From IMG/VR virus record IMGVR_UViG_3300045988_047456: a DNA stretch of 49,265 nucleotides; one strand, 5' to 3'. Below, piece by piece: positions 1-8,140 of this stretch. Source of the DNA: a virus. The notes beneath the pieces are model-generated. The model saw only the letters and a program-made list of their open reading frames with translations, searched no databases and was not told the origin of the DNA. A program made the translations under genes and the position numbers. Numbering within the stretch: position 1 is the first letter of the stretch; every line of letters begins with the position of its first letter.

Positions 1-834
1 CAGTGCGGAACGATCACGACCGCGACAGTAACTACAATGACAGCAACCATAACTGCAGGAACCACTCAGATCCAGACAACAGTGACAGCAGGATGCGCGA
101 CGGTAACCGCTACCGTTCAGTCATCAACGAGCCAGATTGTAAGTGTTGTACAGTCCGGAGCAATGATGGCAGCCGCCGCGGTACAGGCAGGAATGAGCCA
201 GCTTGTATCTGCAGTAAGCAGTGGATGCAGTCAGGCGCTCGGAATAGCCCAGAGCACAGCAAGCGGCATCTATGGAGCATTTGCCGGAATCAGCCTTTAT
301 GGCGCCGGCGTGAATATGATGTCTGGACTGGTAAATGGTATCAATGCTATGCGTGGAGCTGTTATGGCAGCAGCGGCAAGCGTGGCCAGCGCAGCATCCG
401 CAGCAGTCAACAGCGCCCTGAAGATTCACTCTCCATCAAGGGTCATGGTGGAATCCGGTAAATTTACCGGCCAGGGTCTTGTAGTAGGTATGCAGGATAT
501 GCGCGGAGCCATTCAGGCAGAAGCGCAGAGATCACTGGCAGCGCCAATCCAAGACGCAGCATCGCCCGGAACTAAGAGCCTGGAGATGCCGACGTTCAAC
601 AGGAGTTCGGTGATCAGAGAAACTATTCAGAACTTTACCGGCGGCGGAAACGACAAGCCGGAGAAAGACCCGAAAGATTCAAACCCAACCTTCGTATTCA
701 GTCCGACCTATCAGTTCAACGGAGACGCTCCGGATAAGAAAGATATCCAGGACGCGAACCGCATGAGCCAGAGAGAGTTCGAGAAGATGATGAAGGAATA
801 CCTTAGAAATAAAGGCAGGGTATCATTTGCGTAA
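1..834 (+). CDS. tail tape measure protein, C-terminal part (continues from 45494..49265 across the circular junction)
   Basis: The frame of ORF 37..834 is open back to nt 1. It is continuous with the open + frame leaving the window end once the 55-bp overlap (1..55 = 49211..49265) is collapsed. The sequence is Ala/Gly/Ser/Thr-rich and repetitive. Stop TAA 832..834. Confidence 0.85.
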   Translation, partial: QCGTITTATVTTMTATITAGTTQIQTTVTAGCATVTATVQSSTSQIVSVVQSGAMMAAAAVQAGMSQLVSAVSSGCSQALGIAQSTASGIYGAFAGISLYGAGVNMMSGLVNGINAMRGAVMAAAASVASAASAAVNSALKIHSPSRVMVESGKFTGQGLVVGMQDMRGAIQAEAQRSLAAPIQDAASPGTKSLEMPTFNRSSVIRETIQNFTGGGNDKPEKDPKDSNPTFVFSPTYQFNGDAPDKKDIQDANRMSQREFEKMMKEYLRNKGRVSFA

Positions 835-846
835 AGGAGGATAAGC

Positions 847-1113
847 GTGGACATCTATGTAACAAGTCAGGGCGACACATGGGATTCAATCGCATACGAT
901 CTGTTCGGAAGCGAAGGATACATGGGAATCCTGATGGATGCAAACCTGGACCTCCTGGACGTTCTTGTATTTTCGGCCGGTACCGTTATTCAGGTGCCGG
1001 AGGAAATACCGGAAGCAGTAGACGAAGATATGCCGTTCTGGAGACAGGACGACGGTAACGATGAATATGAGTATGACGAAGACGACGAGGAGGAAACAGA
1101 AGACTATGAGTAA
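847..1113 (+). CDS. LysM-like tail protein (P2 gpX / XkdP-like)
   Basis: 88 aa with a GTG start, directly after the tape measure. 'YVTSQGDTWDSIAYDLFG...ANLDLL' resembles a LysM/tail-X fold. Very acidic C-terminal tail. Confidence 0.55.
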   Translation: MDIYVTSQGDTWDSIAYDLFGSEGYMGILMDANLDLLDVLVFSAGTVIQVPEEIPEAVDEDMPFWRQDDGNDEYEYDEDDEEETEDYE

Positions 1114-2137
1114 TCCGAGGCAGGTTGCGGTCAGCTTATCTTTCAACGGAAAACGGGCAAAGACAAGCATGGCCAATTACATCAAGTCCCTTTCATATAC
1201 GGACGTGGCATCCGGATCCAGTGATTCGCTGGACCTTACGATCCACAACGCCGATCTGAAATGGATCAGCTCCTGGTACCCGTCAAAAGGGGACAAGGTA
1301 AGTGCAAAGCTCACCTTTAAGAACTGGCTGACGGACGGACAGAACAAAGTCCTAAACTGCGGATCCTTTGTTCTCGATACAGTCAAATTCACTGGCGGAC
1401 CGCTGGAAGCTACCATGCAGGGCCTGGCGATTCCGTCGAATTCATCATTCAAAGTCCGGGAGAGAACAAAAACCTGGAAGAAAGTAACTATAAAACAAAT
1501 CGCAGCAGAGATCGCAAAGCGGTACAAAATCGGTCTGAGTTATGTAGCTTCAAGTATCAGAATTACATCAATCGAACAGAGCAAGAAAACAGATTCTGCA
1601 TTTTTGTATGACCTTGTAAAAGATTACGGTTTATCCATGAAGGTTTTCCGGAATAAGATCATTATTTTTGACAAGGGAAGATACGAGAAGAAAGCAGCAA
1701 TAACGACCATACACCGGAATAACTTTGTTGATGATGACTGGGACTATTCAGATACGCTGGAAGGCACATACACTGGCTGCCGGATAACTTATAAGTCGGC
1801 CAGTAAAAAACAGAAGGCCCTCAGCACCTATGTGGGTCTGAAGAAAGAAAATGCCAAAGGCAGCCGTATCCTTCGTATCAATGAACAGTGTGACAGTCTC
1901 GCAGAAGCAAAGAGGAAGGGAGCCGCGCAGATCAACCTGGCAAATGAGGAAGCAACGACCCTCACAGGTACGATTTTTTACAATCCGAAGGTTGTGGCCG
2001 GCGTGACTGTTACAATCGCGGATTTAGGGAAGGCGAATGGCAAATATTACGTTGATCAGGTCAAGGTGGTTGTTTCAGACAGCAGGACCAAACAGGAGAT
2101 CACGCTGCATAAATGCAAAAAACGTATTGCAATTTAG
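1106..2137 (+). CDS. late-control-D / XkdQ-like baseplate hub protein
   Basis: 343 aa from ATG 1106 (ATGAGTAA overlap with the upstream stop). The track ORF starts at 1061 inside the previous gene. Position and size match gpD-like proteins that follow TMP and gpX. Confidence 0.55.
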   Translation: MSNPRQVAVSLSFNGKRAKTSMANYIKSLSYTDVASGSSDSLDLTIHNADLKWISSWYPSKGDKVSAKLTFKNWLTDGQNKVLNCGSFVLDTVKFTGGPLEATMQGLAIPSNSSFKVRERTKTWKKVTIKQIAAEIAKRYKIGLSYVASSIRITSIEQSKKTDSAFLYDLVKDYGLSMKVFRNKIIIFDKGRYEKKAAITTIHRNNFVDDDWDYSDTLEGTYTGCRITYKSASKKQKALSTYVGLKKENAKGSRILRINEQCDSLAEAKRKGAAQINLANEEATTLTGTIFYNPKVVAGVTVTIADLGKANGKYYVDQVKVVVSDSRTKQEITLHKCKKRIAI

Positions 2138-2148
2138 AAGGAGGATAT

Positions 2149-2562
2149 ATGTCAGATTTAATCAGAGTCGGATGCGTATCCAAAATTAACTACGAGGAAG
2201 GCACGATCGAAGTCACCTATCCGGATCGGGACGATGCGGTAACAGATCCATTCCCGGTGCTTTCATTCAACGATGAATACAAAATGCCGGAAATCGGTCA
2301 GGATGTCCTGGTGCTTCATCTCTCGAACGGATCCGCACTCGGGATTGTCCTGGGGCCGTACTGGAACAAGGACAATAAGCCAGCAGTGTCCGGAAAAGAT
2401 GTCTACCGAAAAGAGATGGCCCAGACACCAGGCAAAGCCTATACACAGTACAAAGACGGTACCGTAGAACTGCGGGGTCCCGCCGTTCGGCTCACCTGTT
2501 CTTCAGGAGCCATCACAGTGGCGCAGCTTCTGGCAATGAAGAGCAAGGTCGATAGCCTGTAG
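2149..2562 (+). CDS. baseplate spike/assembly protein, gpV-like
   Basis: ATG 2149 is preceded by GAAGGAGG. 'GCVSKINYEEGTIEVTYPDRDD..PFPVL...PEIGQDVLVLHLSNGSALGIVLGPYW' fits the gpV/Gp5 OB-fold pattern. Confidence 0.55.
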   Translation: MSDLIRVGCVSKINYEEGTIEVTYPDRDDAVTDPFPVLSFNDEYKMPEIGQDVLVLHLSNGSALGIVLGPYWNKDNKPAVSGKDVYRKEMAQTPGKAYTQYKDGTVELRGPAVRLTCSSGAITVAQLLAMKSKVDSL

Positions 2563-2575
2563 GAGGTGACGACCT

Positions 2576-3382
2576 ATGCCAAGCAAGACACCGAAATGGG
2601 TAGGAAAGGTCACTGCCAACAGTGGGCTGAATGTTAGAACGGGCCCGGGAACCAATTATGGAAACGTGAAGGCCTGGCCGCTTTTAGGAAAAGGAAACCT
2701 GGTTGATGTATGCGACACCGTAGGAAACTGGTATTACATCAGAATCGCCGGAAAGGTGTATGGCTACGCTTCCAAAACCTATATCACTAAGAACGGCGCG
2801 GCCAAGAAGTCCATCGGTAAATCTGCTTTAAAAAGTAAGAATACCAAGAACAATAAAAATAAAAAAGACAATAAAAAGAAATTAACGAAAGCCCAGGAGC
2901 TGGCCCTTAAGAAGAAAAAGGAAGCCGAGCAGAAAAAGCTGCAGCAGCAGAAAATCGATGCGTACAATAACAAGATCAAAAAGAAAAGTAAGATCGGGAA
3001 TTTTGGCGAAACGATAGTTTTCTCTGTCAGCAGCAGTAAGATCCTGACTCCGAAGGATATGAAGAGGACTGTGAGTGCCAGATGGGAGCAGCACAAGATC
3101 CTCGGAAAAGCACCGAAGTCAGAGTTCGTTGGACAGAACGCTCCGGAAACAACAATGACCGTAGTGCTATCTGCAGAGCATGGAGTAAAGCCTCGATCTA
3201 CGCTCGGAAAAATCGAAAAAGCAATCAAAGCTGGAACGGTCAACTGGCTGGTAATTGGCGGGAAATTCGTTGGAGGCCGGAAGATGTACATTTCTTCCTG
3301 TTCAGAAACCTGGGACGAGATCTGGAACAAAGGGGAACTGGTAAAAGCAACCGTAAACCTTACCTTTGTGGAATACACATAA
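2576..3382 (+). CDS. tail protein: N-terminal SH3b-like domain, Lys-rich linker, C-terminal P2 GpU-like domain
   Basis: N-terminus 'GLNVRTGPGTNYGNVKAW..GNWYYIRIAGKVYGYASKTYI' is SH3b-like. It is followed by a roughly 70-aa K/N/Q-rich coil. C-terminus 'RWEQHKILGKAPKSEFVGQNAPETTMTVVLSAEHGVKP...LVIGGKFVGGRKMYI...ATVNLTFVEY' matches the GpU pattern from memory. Confidence 0.5.
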   Translation: MPSKTPKWVGKVTANSGLNVRTGPGTNYGNVKAWPLLGKGNLVDVCDTVGNWYYIRIAGKVYGYASKTYITKNGAAKKSIGKSALKSKNTKNNKNKKDNKKKLTKAQELALKKKKEAEQKKLQQQKIDAYNNKIKKKSKIGNFGETIVFSVSSSKILTPKDMKRTVSARWEQHKILGKAPKSEFVGQNAPETTMTVVLSAEHGVKPRSTLGKIEKAIKAGTVNWLVIGGKFVGGRKMYISSCSETWDEIWNKGELVKATVNLTFVEYT

Positions 3383-3394
3383 GGAGGTGATCGC

Positions 3395-3706
3395 ATGGCA
3401 TATGTTGGACTGGCCACGATCAAGGCCAGCGGAGACATTGACTATGAAGAACTGGAGGCATACGACGAACAACTTCAGTGTCTGATATCTACAGTGGAAG
3501 GCACACTTCCAGGAAGCAGGGGATTCGGTCTTGATCCAGACATTACGGACAAGACACCGGATGATGCCCTGAACCTGTTCGCTATGGACCTTCAGGAAAA
3601 AGTGGAGAAGTTTATTCCTGGCATTGGAATCGCAAATGTATCTGGAAAAATGAACGATTCTTCACTTGAAACACAAATCTACATAGAAAGGAGGGATACG
3701 GAGTGA
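3395..3706 (+). CDS. baseplate wedge protein, gpW/gp25-like
   Basis: 103 aa. 'LISTVEGTLPGSRGFGLDPDI....LQEKVEKFIPGI' fits the GPW_gp25 pattern. It lies immediately upstream of the J-like gene. Confidence 0.6.
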   Translation: MAYVGLATIKASGDIDYEELEAYDEQLQCLISTVEGTLPGSRGFGLDPDITDKTPDDALNLFAMDLQEKVEKFIPGIGIANVSGKMNDSSLETQIYIERRDTE

Positions 3707-4845
3707 TCAAAGAGTTAGAAATTCTTCCTGACGTCAGTTTTATTGGAAATACGACGCTGGAGAGCATAGAATCAGAGATGAAAAGCGACTATGAGAAAAA
3801 GTACAACGAAGTCACCGGAGAAAGCCTGGTTCTGGCCAGATCGGATCCGGCCACCCTGATTTTGTATGCATGTGCGGTACAGTTCTTTCAGGGCTTCAAG
3901 TATATCGATAAAGCCGGAAAAATGGACCTTCTGAAATACACGCAGGGGGACTACCTGGACCACGTCGCAGCTATGAGGGGAATCGCCAGAGAGCCTGCCA
4001 AGCCGGCCAGGGCCATGGTTCGTTTCACTCTTTCAGGAATTCGTCCGGAGACTGTAGAAATTCCACAGGGAACACAGGTCACAGACGGAGAAATCTACTT
4101 CGAAACGGAGAAATATGCGGAGATTAAAGCCGGAGAAGAAAAGGCAGATGTCGAATGCGTATGCCTGGTTTCAGGGGTTGACGGAAACGACCTGCAGCCT
4201 GGCGAGATTGATACCCTGGTAAATCCGATTCCCTATGTGGCCAGCGTGGCCAATATAGAGAAGACGGCCGGCGGGGTGGATATCGAGGACGATGACAGCA
4301 TGAAGGGACGTGTCTACATAGCACCTTCTAAATACTCGGTAGCCGGTCCGGAAGATGCATACAAATACTGGGTCAAAACCTACAACGCAAGTATCTCAGA
4401 CGTACTTGTTAAGAGTGACAATCCGGTGGAAGTTATCATCGAATTCATCATGGAGAACGGAGAGCTGCCGACGGAAGGTATCATCCAGGGGCTGCAGATT
4501 TATTTGTCAGATAAACAGATTCGACCGCTTACCGACAAGGTAAAGGTCAAAGCGCCAGATACGGTGGACTACAAGCTCGATGTGAAATATTACATCAATA
4601 CCAGTGATCTGAAGCGTGCTGACACGATCAAGGCCAACGTGGCTGCTGCCGTAGATCAGTACGTTATCTGGCAGAGAAGCAAGATCGGCCGAGACATTAA
4701 CCCTTCACAGCTCATTCAGATGATGGTATCCGCAGGAGCTAAGAGAGTAGAAGTCAAGCTGCCAGTTTTCCAGGTTGTCGGAGCTACCAACGTGGCAAAG
4801 CTGGTGAGCCAGAATGTGACATACGGAGGTATCGAAGATGATTAA
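3703..4845 (+). CDS. baseplate J-like protein
   Basis: 380 aa. Its GTG start overlaps the upstream stop (GTGA). It lies between the W-like and I-like genes, and size and order are typical of gpJ/XkdT. Confidence 0.65.
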   Translation: MIKELEILPDVSFIGNTTLESIESEMKSDYEKKYNEVTGESLVLARSDPATLILYACAVQFFQGFKYIDKAGKMDLLKYTQGDYLDHVAAMRGIAREPAKPARAMVRFTLSGIRPETVEIPQGTQVTDGEIYFETEKYAEIKAGEEKADVECVCLVSGVDGNDLQPGEIDTLVNPIPYVASVANIEKTAGGVDIEDDDSMKGRVYIAPSKYSVAGPEDAYKYWVKTYNASISDVLVKSDNPVEVIIEFIMENGELPTEGIIQGLQIYLSDKQIRPLTDKVKVKAPDTVDYKLDVKYYINTSDLKRADTIKANVAAAVDQYVIWQRSKIGRDINPSQLIQMMVSAGAKRVEVKLPVFQVVGATNVAKLVSQNVTYGGIEDD

Positions 4846-5752
4846 ATTCACAGAAGGCGGTCTCATTGATATCTGGCCAGAGAAGGATCCGGAAATCCAG
4901 GCTCTCAGTTATGCACTTCAGCAACAGTTTAAGAAGCTGAAAGCCTACGCAGACAAGACCCAGTGCTACAGCGATGTGGACGACCTGGACGAAGACATCC
5001 TGGACTACTTCGCGGTTGAGATGCGAAGTATGTACTATGAGCAGAATCTGGAGATCGAGAGGAAGCGAGAAATCGTTAAGAACACTCTGAAATGGTATAC
5101 CTACGCAGGCGTGCCGGCAACCGTCGCAGAGATGGTCGGGGCAGTCTTCGGATCCGGAAAAATCGTGGAGTGGTTCGACTACGATGAGCCGCCATTCACA
5201 CCTGGAACCTTCGACATCATCACATCGGCGCGGCTGACTCCTGATATCATCGATCAGCTGAACGCGATAATCCAGAAGGCAAAGAACGTCCGGTCGCATA
5301 TCCGCCGGGTAACGATCATCCGAGATGTACACTCAGCAATGCACCTGGCTGCCTTTCAGACGGCCGTACAGGAGTGTACCGTTCTGAATATTATCCGAGA
5401 GGATAAAGAGGCAGGACAGGTCACATACGCAGCCACAGCGGCAGGCACAAGAGACAGAGACAGCTTCGTACTCAACACGACATCTGGAGATGCACAGGCA
5501 GCCCAGGCAGGACGTCAGGGAGCTATTGGCATCGTGGATAAAGCAAGAGGCACAGAAGTTTATAACACTCTGCAGGCAGATGCCGGAATCCAGGCTGAAA
5601 ATCACCTGGCAGCGTTCGGATCCGTAACAGACAACCGAAGCTGCGTAACAAATGAGACTGCAGGTAATGCTGCAGCGCACAGCGCAACCATCGTCGCCCA
5701 AAAGGGAGACGCCTACAATATCACATCATTTATCAAGGAGGAAAAACACTAA
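4838..5752 (+). CDS. tail protein I-like (gpI/XkdU-like) baseplate protein
   Basis: 304 aa, overlapping the J gene by 8 nt. The N-terminal 150 aa ('ILDYFAVEM...KREIVKNTLKWYTYAGVPATVAEMV...IVEWFDY') fit the P2 gpI pattern. Confidence 0.5.
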   Translation: MIKFTEGGLIDIWPEKDPEIQALSYALQQQFKKLKAYADKTQCYSDVDDLDEDILDYFAVEMRSMYYEQNLEIERKREIVKNTLKWYTYAGVPATVAEMVGAVFGSGKIVEWFDYDEPPFTPGTFDIITSARLTPDIIDQLNAIIQKAKNVRSHIRRVTIIRDVHSAMHLAAFQTAVQECTVLNIIREDKEAGQVTYAATAAGTRDRDSFVLNTTSGDAQAAQAGRQGAIGIVDKARGTEVYNTLQADAGIQAENHLAAFGSVTDNRSCVTNETAGNAAAHSATIVAQKGDAYNITSFIKEEKH

Positions 5753-7692
5753 TGTTAATGTGGAATCCCAGTAAATTAACAACCGCAGGAAAAGCCCTCC
5801 TGGCAAAAGCCCAGGCAGGACAGACAAGCATCCAGATCACCAAGGCACAGACTGGATCCGGTTCTTATTCTTCCGGAGAAAACATCGAGAGCAGAACAGC
5901 TCTGAAGACTCCGAAGCAGACCTTCCCGATTCAGAATAAGGTGATCAACGATGCAGACAACACAGTGATTCTGAAGATTGCGATCACAAACAAGAGCGAA
6001 GAAGAAACCCTGAGCACCGGATACGACATCACTGAGTTTGGTATCTTTGCACAGGATCCGCAGAAGGGAGAAATCCTGTATTCCATCGCTACTGCATCCA
6101 CAAGCGATTATATGCCGGCATACAACGGTGTACTTCCGTCAGTGATCAACATGAGTTACTACCTGGAAGTTTCAAACGCTGAGAATGTAACAATCAACAG
6201 TGCCGGAGCTCTGGCTCTTCAGGCCGATCTGGAAGCCCTGGAAGCAAGAGTGACCACCATCGAGAAGAACAAAGTAGAACTGCTCGGAGTAAGAAGAAAA
6301 GTCGGTGTCAGCTCTTCGACATGGGAGCGCATCGGGGACGCTGTCGGCATGGTCTGCAAGGCAGCAGTCGGAAACGGAACCGTTCAGAATGACATGATGA
6401 GCCACTATCCATTCAATGAAATGCGTCCATGTAACCTGGCAGAAGACAGAACTGTCAACGCATACCTGGGAGATGCAACCTTCCAGTGGGATGGCACGAA
6501 CGGGGACGTTATGCTGGAAGTGCCGATGACATACACCGGCCGCTGGTTTGAAACTGATGCAGACGGCGTGAAGTGGGAATACAGAGCTGTATCTTCCGCA
6601 CAGATCGGACACCTTCACCTGGATCACCTGTTTACAGATGGCGCTGATCGCAGAATTTCCGAAAAGGTATACATCCCGATCTTCCCTGGCTCCATTGAAA
6701 CAGTTCAGAGATCAGTGAAGAATAGCCAGGGCACCTATGATCTTAAACAGGTAGATATCCTGAGATCCAAAGCAGGAGTTGTGCCGGCACATAACAAGAC
6801 ACGCGGACAGTTTAGAACCTTATGCAAGGCCAAGGGAGACAACTGGTATCTCGACGACGTATGGGCTATGCATTTCCTGGATACCTGCTTCCTGGTAATG
6901 TTTGCAAACAGCAACGCGCAGGCTACTCTCGGATCCGGACGTACAGAGTTCCCGGAGGATGGAACAAAGGGACTGGCTCTTCAGGAGAGAACCGGCAATT
7001 ACATCACTGTGGCAAAGGACTATGGAAATCGCTTCGCCGTCGGACAGGCAATCTCCATCGGTGCCGGCTTGTGGAGCCAGAGTCTGGCAGCAGACCGCCT
7101 GGTAACTAAAATCGAAGATTCCACCGAAGTAGATAACGCAGTATGCGTATACTTCGACGGCGATCCGGTAGCGATCACATCAACCAGCGTCCTGTGGTCT
7201 TCTATTCAGCCGACAGGAGCAACTATCGGAATGGCAGCACCAAACGGCCGCGTAGAGGGTAAAACAAACGGAATGAGTGCGATCCGTTTCCTCTGGATTG
7301 AAGACTGGTACGGAAATATGTGGCAGTTCAGAGACGGAGATAACATTCAGAAGTACCAGCATTACTACTGCAATGACAGAAGCGCATATGCCGACAAGGT
7401 ATATGATGGCTCATATTTCAAAGTCGGATATGTAGCAGGTACCGCCGAAGGCTATGTGAAAACATTCGGTTTCGATCCGGAATGGCCGGAAATTGAAATC
7501 TGCACAGAAAACGGAGCGTCCAGCAACACCTATTTCTGCGATTACTATTATGCCGCCGAAGGCGGAGAAGTGGTCTTCTCGGGTGGTCACGTGAACTACG
7601 GGGCGTTCTCGGGTCCGTTCGACCGGCGCTGCAACTCCTCGGCTACGTCCTCGTTCTGGAGCATCGGCGGTCGCCCTCAAGCTAGAAAGTGA
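5752..7692 (+). CDS. tail fibre / receptor-binding protein with C-terminal C-type-lectin/FGE-like variable domain (DGR target)
   Basis: 646 aa with a TAATG start overlap. N-terminus 'LTTAGKALLAKAQAG..IQITKAQTGSGSY' resembles a tail-collar fibre. C-terminus 'IRFLWIEDWYGNMWQF' followed by 'FSGGHVNYGAFSGPFDRRCNSSATSSFWSIGGR' is the CLec-type end typical of DGR variable proteins. The VR occupies the last 40 codons. Confidence 0.85.
   Translation: MLMWNPSKLTTAGKALLAKAQAGQTSIQITKAQTGSGSYSSGENIESRTALKTPKQTFPIQNKVINDADNTVILKIAITNKSEEETLSTGYDITEFGIFAQDPQKGEILYSIATASTSDYMPAYNGVLPSVINMSYYLEVSNAENVTINSAGALALQADLEALEARVTTIEKNKVELLGVRRKVGVSSSTWERIGDAVGMVCKAAVGNGTVQNDMMSHYPFNEMRPCNLAEDRTVNAYLGDATFQWDGTNGDVMLEVPMTYTGRWFETDADGVKWEYRAVSSAQIGHLHLDHLFTDGADRRISEKVYIPIFPGSIETVQRSVKNSQGTYDLKQVDILRSKAGVVPAHNKTRGQFRTLCKAKGDNWYLDDVWAMHFLDTCFLVMFANSNAQATLGSGRTEFPEDGTKGLALQERTGNYITVAKDYGNRFAVGQAISIGAGLWSQSLAADRLVTKIEDSTEVDNAVCVYFDGDPVAITSTSVLWSSIQPTGATIGMAAPNGRVEGKTNGMSAIRFLWIEDWYGNMWQFRDGDNIQKYQHYYCNDRSAYADKVYDGSYFKVGYVAGTAEGYVKTFGFDPEWPEIEICTENGASSNTYFCDYYYAAEGGEVVFSGGHVNYGAFSGPFDRRCNSSATSSFWSIGGRPQARK
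7570..7676 (+). repeat. DGR variable repeat (VR)
   Basis: A 107-bp match to 7866..7972 (offset 296) with 100 identities. All 7 mismatches (7576, 7588, 7597, 7607, 7621, 7655, 7661) correspond to A in the TR copy. The invariant GC-rich 3' block CATCGGCGGTCGCCC (7662..7676) looks IMH-like. Confidence 0.9.
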
Positions 7693-7708
7693 CCATTTCA
7701 AGGGGGGA

Positions 7709-7730
7709 CCGGGGGACTTTTCTCCCCCGG
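7709..7730 (+). promoter_or_regulatory. GC-rich hairpin downstream of VR (candidate DGR target-recognition hairpin/cruciform)
   Basis: CCGGGGGA (7709..7716) pairs with TCCCCCGG (7723..7730) around a 6-nt loop, 33 nt after the VR end. No T-tract follows, so it is not a classical terminator. Confidence 0.55.
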
Positions 7731-7865
7731 AGCTTCCGGCAAAGGAACCGTAACACATGCATGCCGGGAGCCCTCTCTCCTGCGAAATTCTGAAGCCGAC
7801 ACAAATGTCGGTCGCAAATAAAAGTAACTCGTAAACTACATAGGGGATAAAGGAACGCGCGATCG

Positions 7866-7972
7866 GTGGTCATCTCGGGTGGTAACGTGAACAACGGGGC
7901 GTACTCGGGTCCGTTCAACCGGCGCTGCAACTCCTCGGCTACGTCCTCGTACTGGAACATCGGCGGTCGCCC
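7866..7972 (+). repeat. DGR template repeat (TR)
   Basis: Non-coding copy of the VR. It carries A at all 7 variable positions and contains several AAC/TAC/ATC codon-equivalents. It lies 169 bp upstream of the RT gene. Confidence 0.9.
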
Positions 7973-8140
7973 ACTTTGTTAATAATCTCATTCCGACATA
8001 TTTCTCAATTTTTGATTTTATAAATATGTCGTTCCTTTATTCGCTGGCCATAGAGCCACCGCCATGCAGAGCCATGGTGCCGCACCGCTTGGTGAAAATG
8101 GGCCGTAAATGGCACCGGTTAGTAGCATGATCGAAAGCCG
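7973..8140 (+). ncRNA. DGR RNA spacer between TR and RT (predicted structured)
   Basis: No ORF. Hairpins: CGACATATTT (7994..8003) with AAATATGTCG (8022..8031); CACC-gctt-GGTG (8083..8094); GGTGCC (8076..8081) with GGCACC (8111..8116). A related CCGACA/TGTCGG hairpin (7796..7811) lies upstream of the TR. Confidence 0.4.

Noticed and set aside
3-461. ORFs 3..461 (+) and 124..429 (-) at the window start.
   Set aside because: They are off-frame or antisense shadows of the tape measure C-terminus (frame 1), which continues from the window end.
2779-3438. 219-aa reverse-strand ORF 2779..3438.
   Set aside because: It is antisense to the SH3/GpU-like gene. It is open because the sense strand is a long AAG/AAA (Lys) run, which gives stop-poor Phe/Leu strings on the other strand.
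7411-7960. Reverse-strand ORFs 7411..7758 and 7682..7960, considered as a possible Avd or other DGR accessory gene.
   Set aside because: They run antisense through the fibre 3' end, the VR hairpin and the TR. They have no RBS, and their products are Pro/Arg/Gly-rich rather than helical. An accessory gene overlapping the TR would itself be constrained by the TR sequence.
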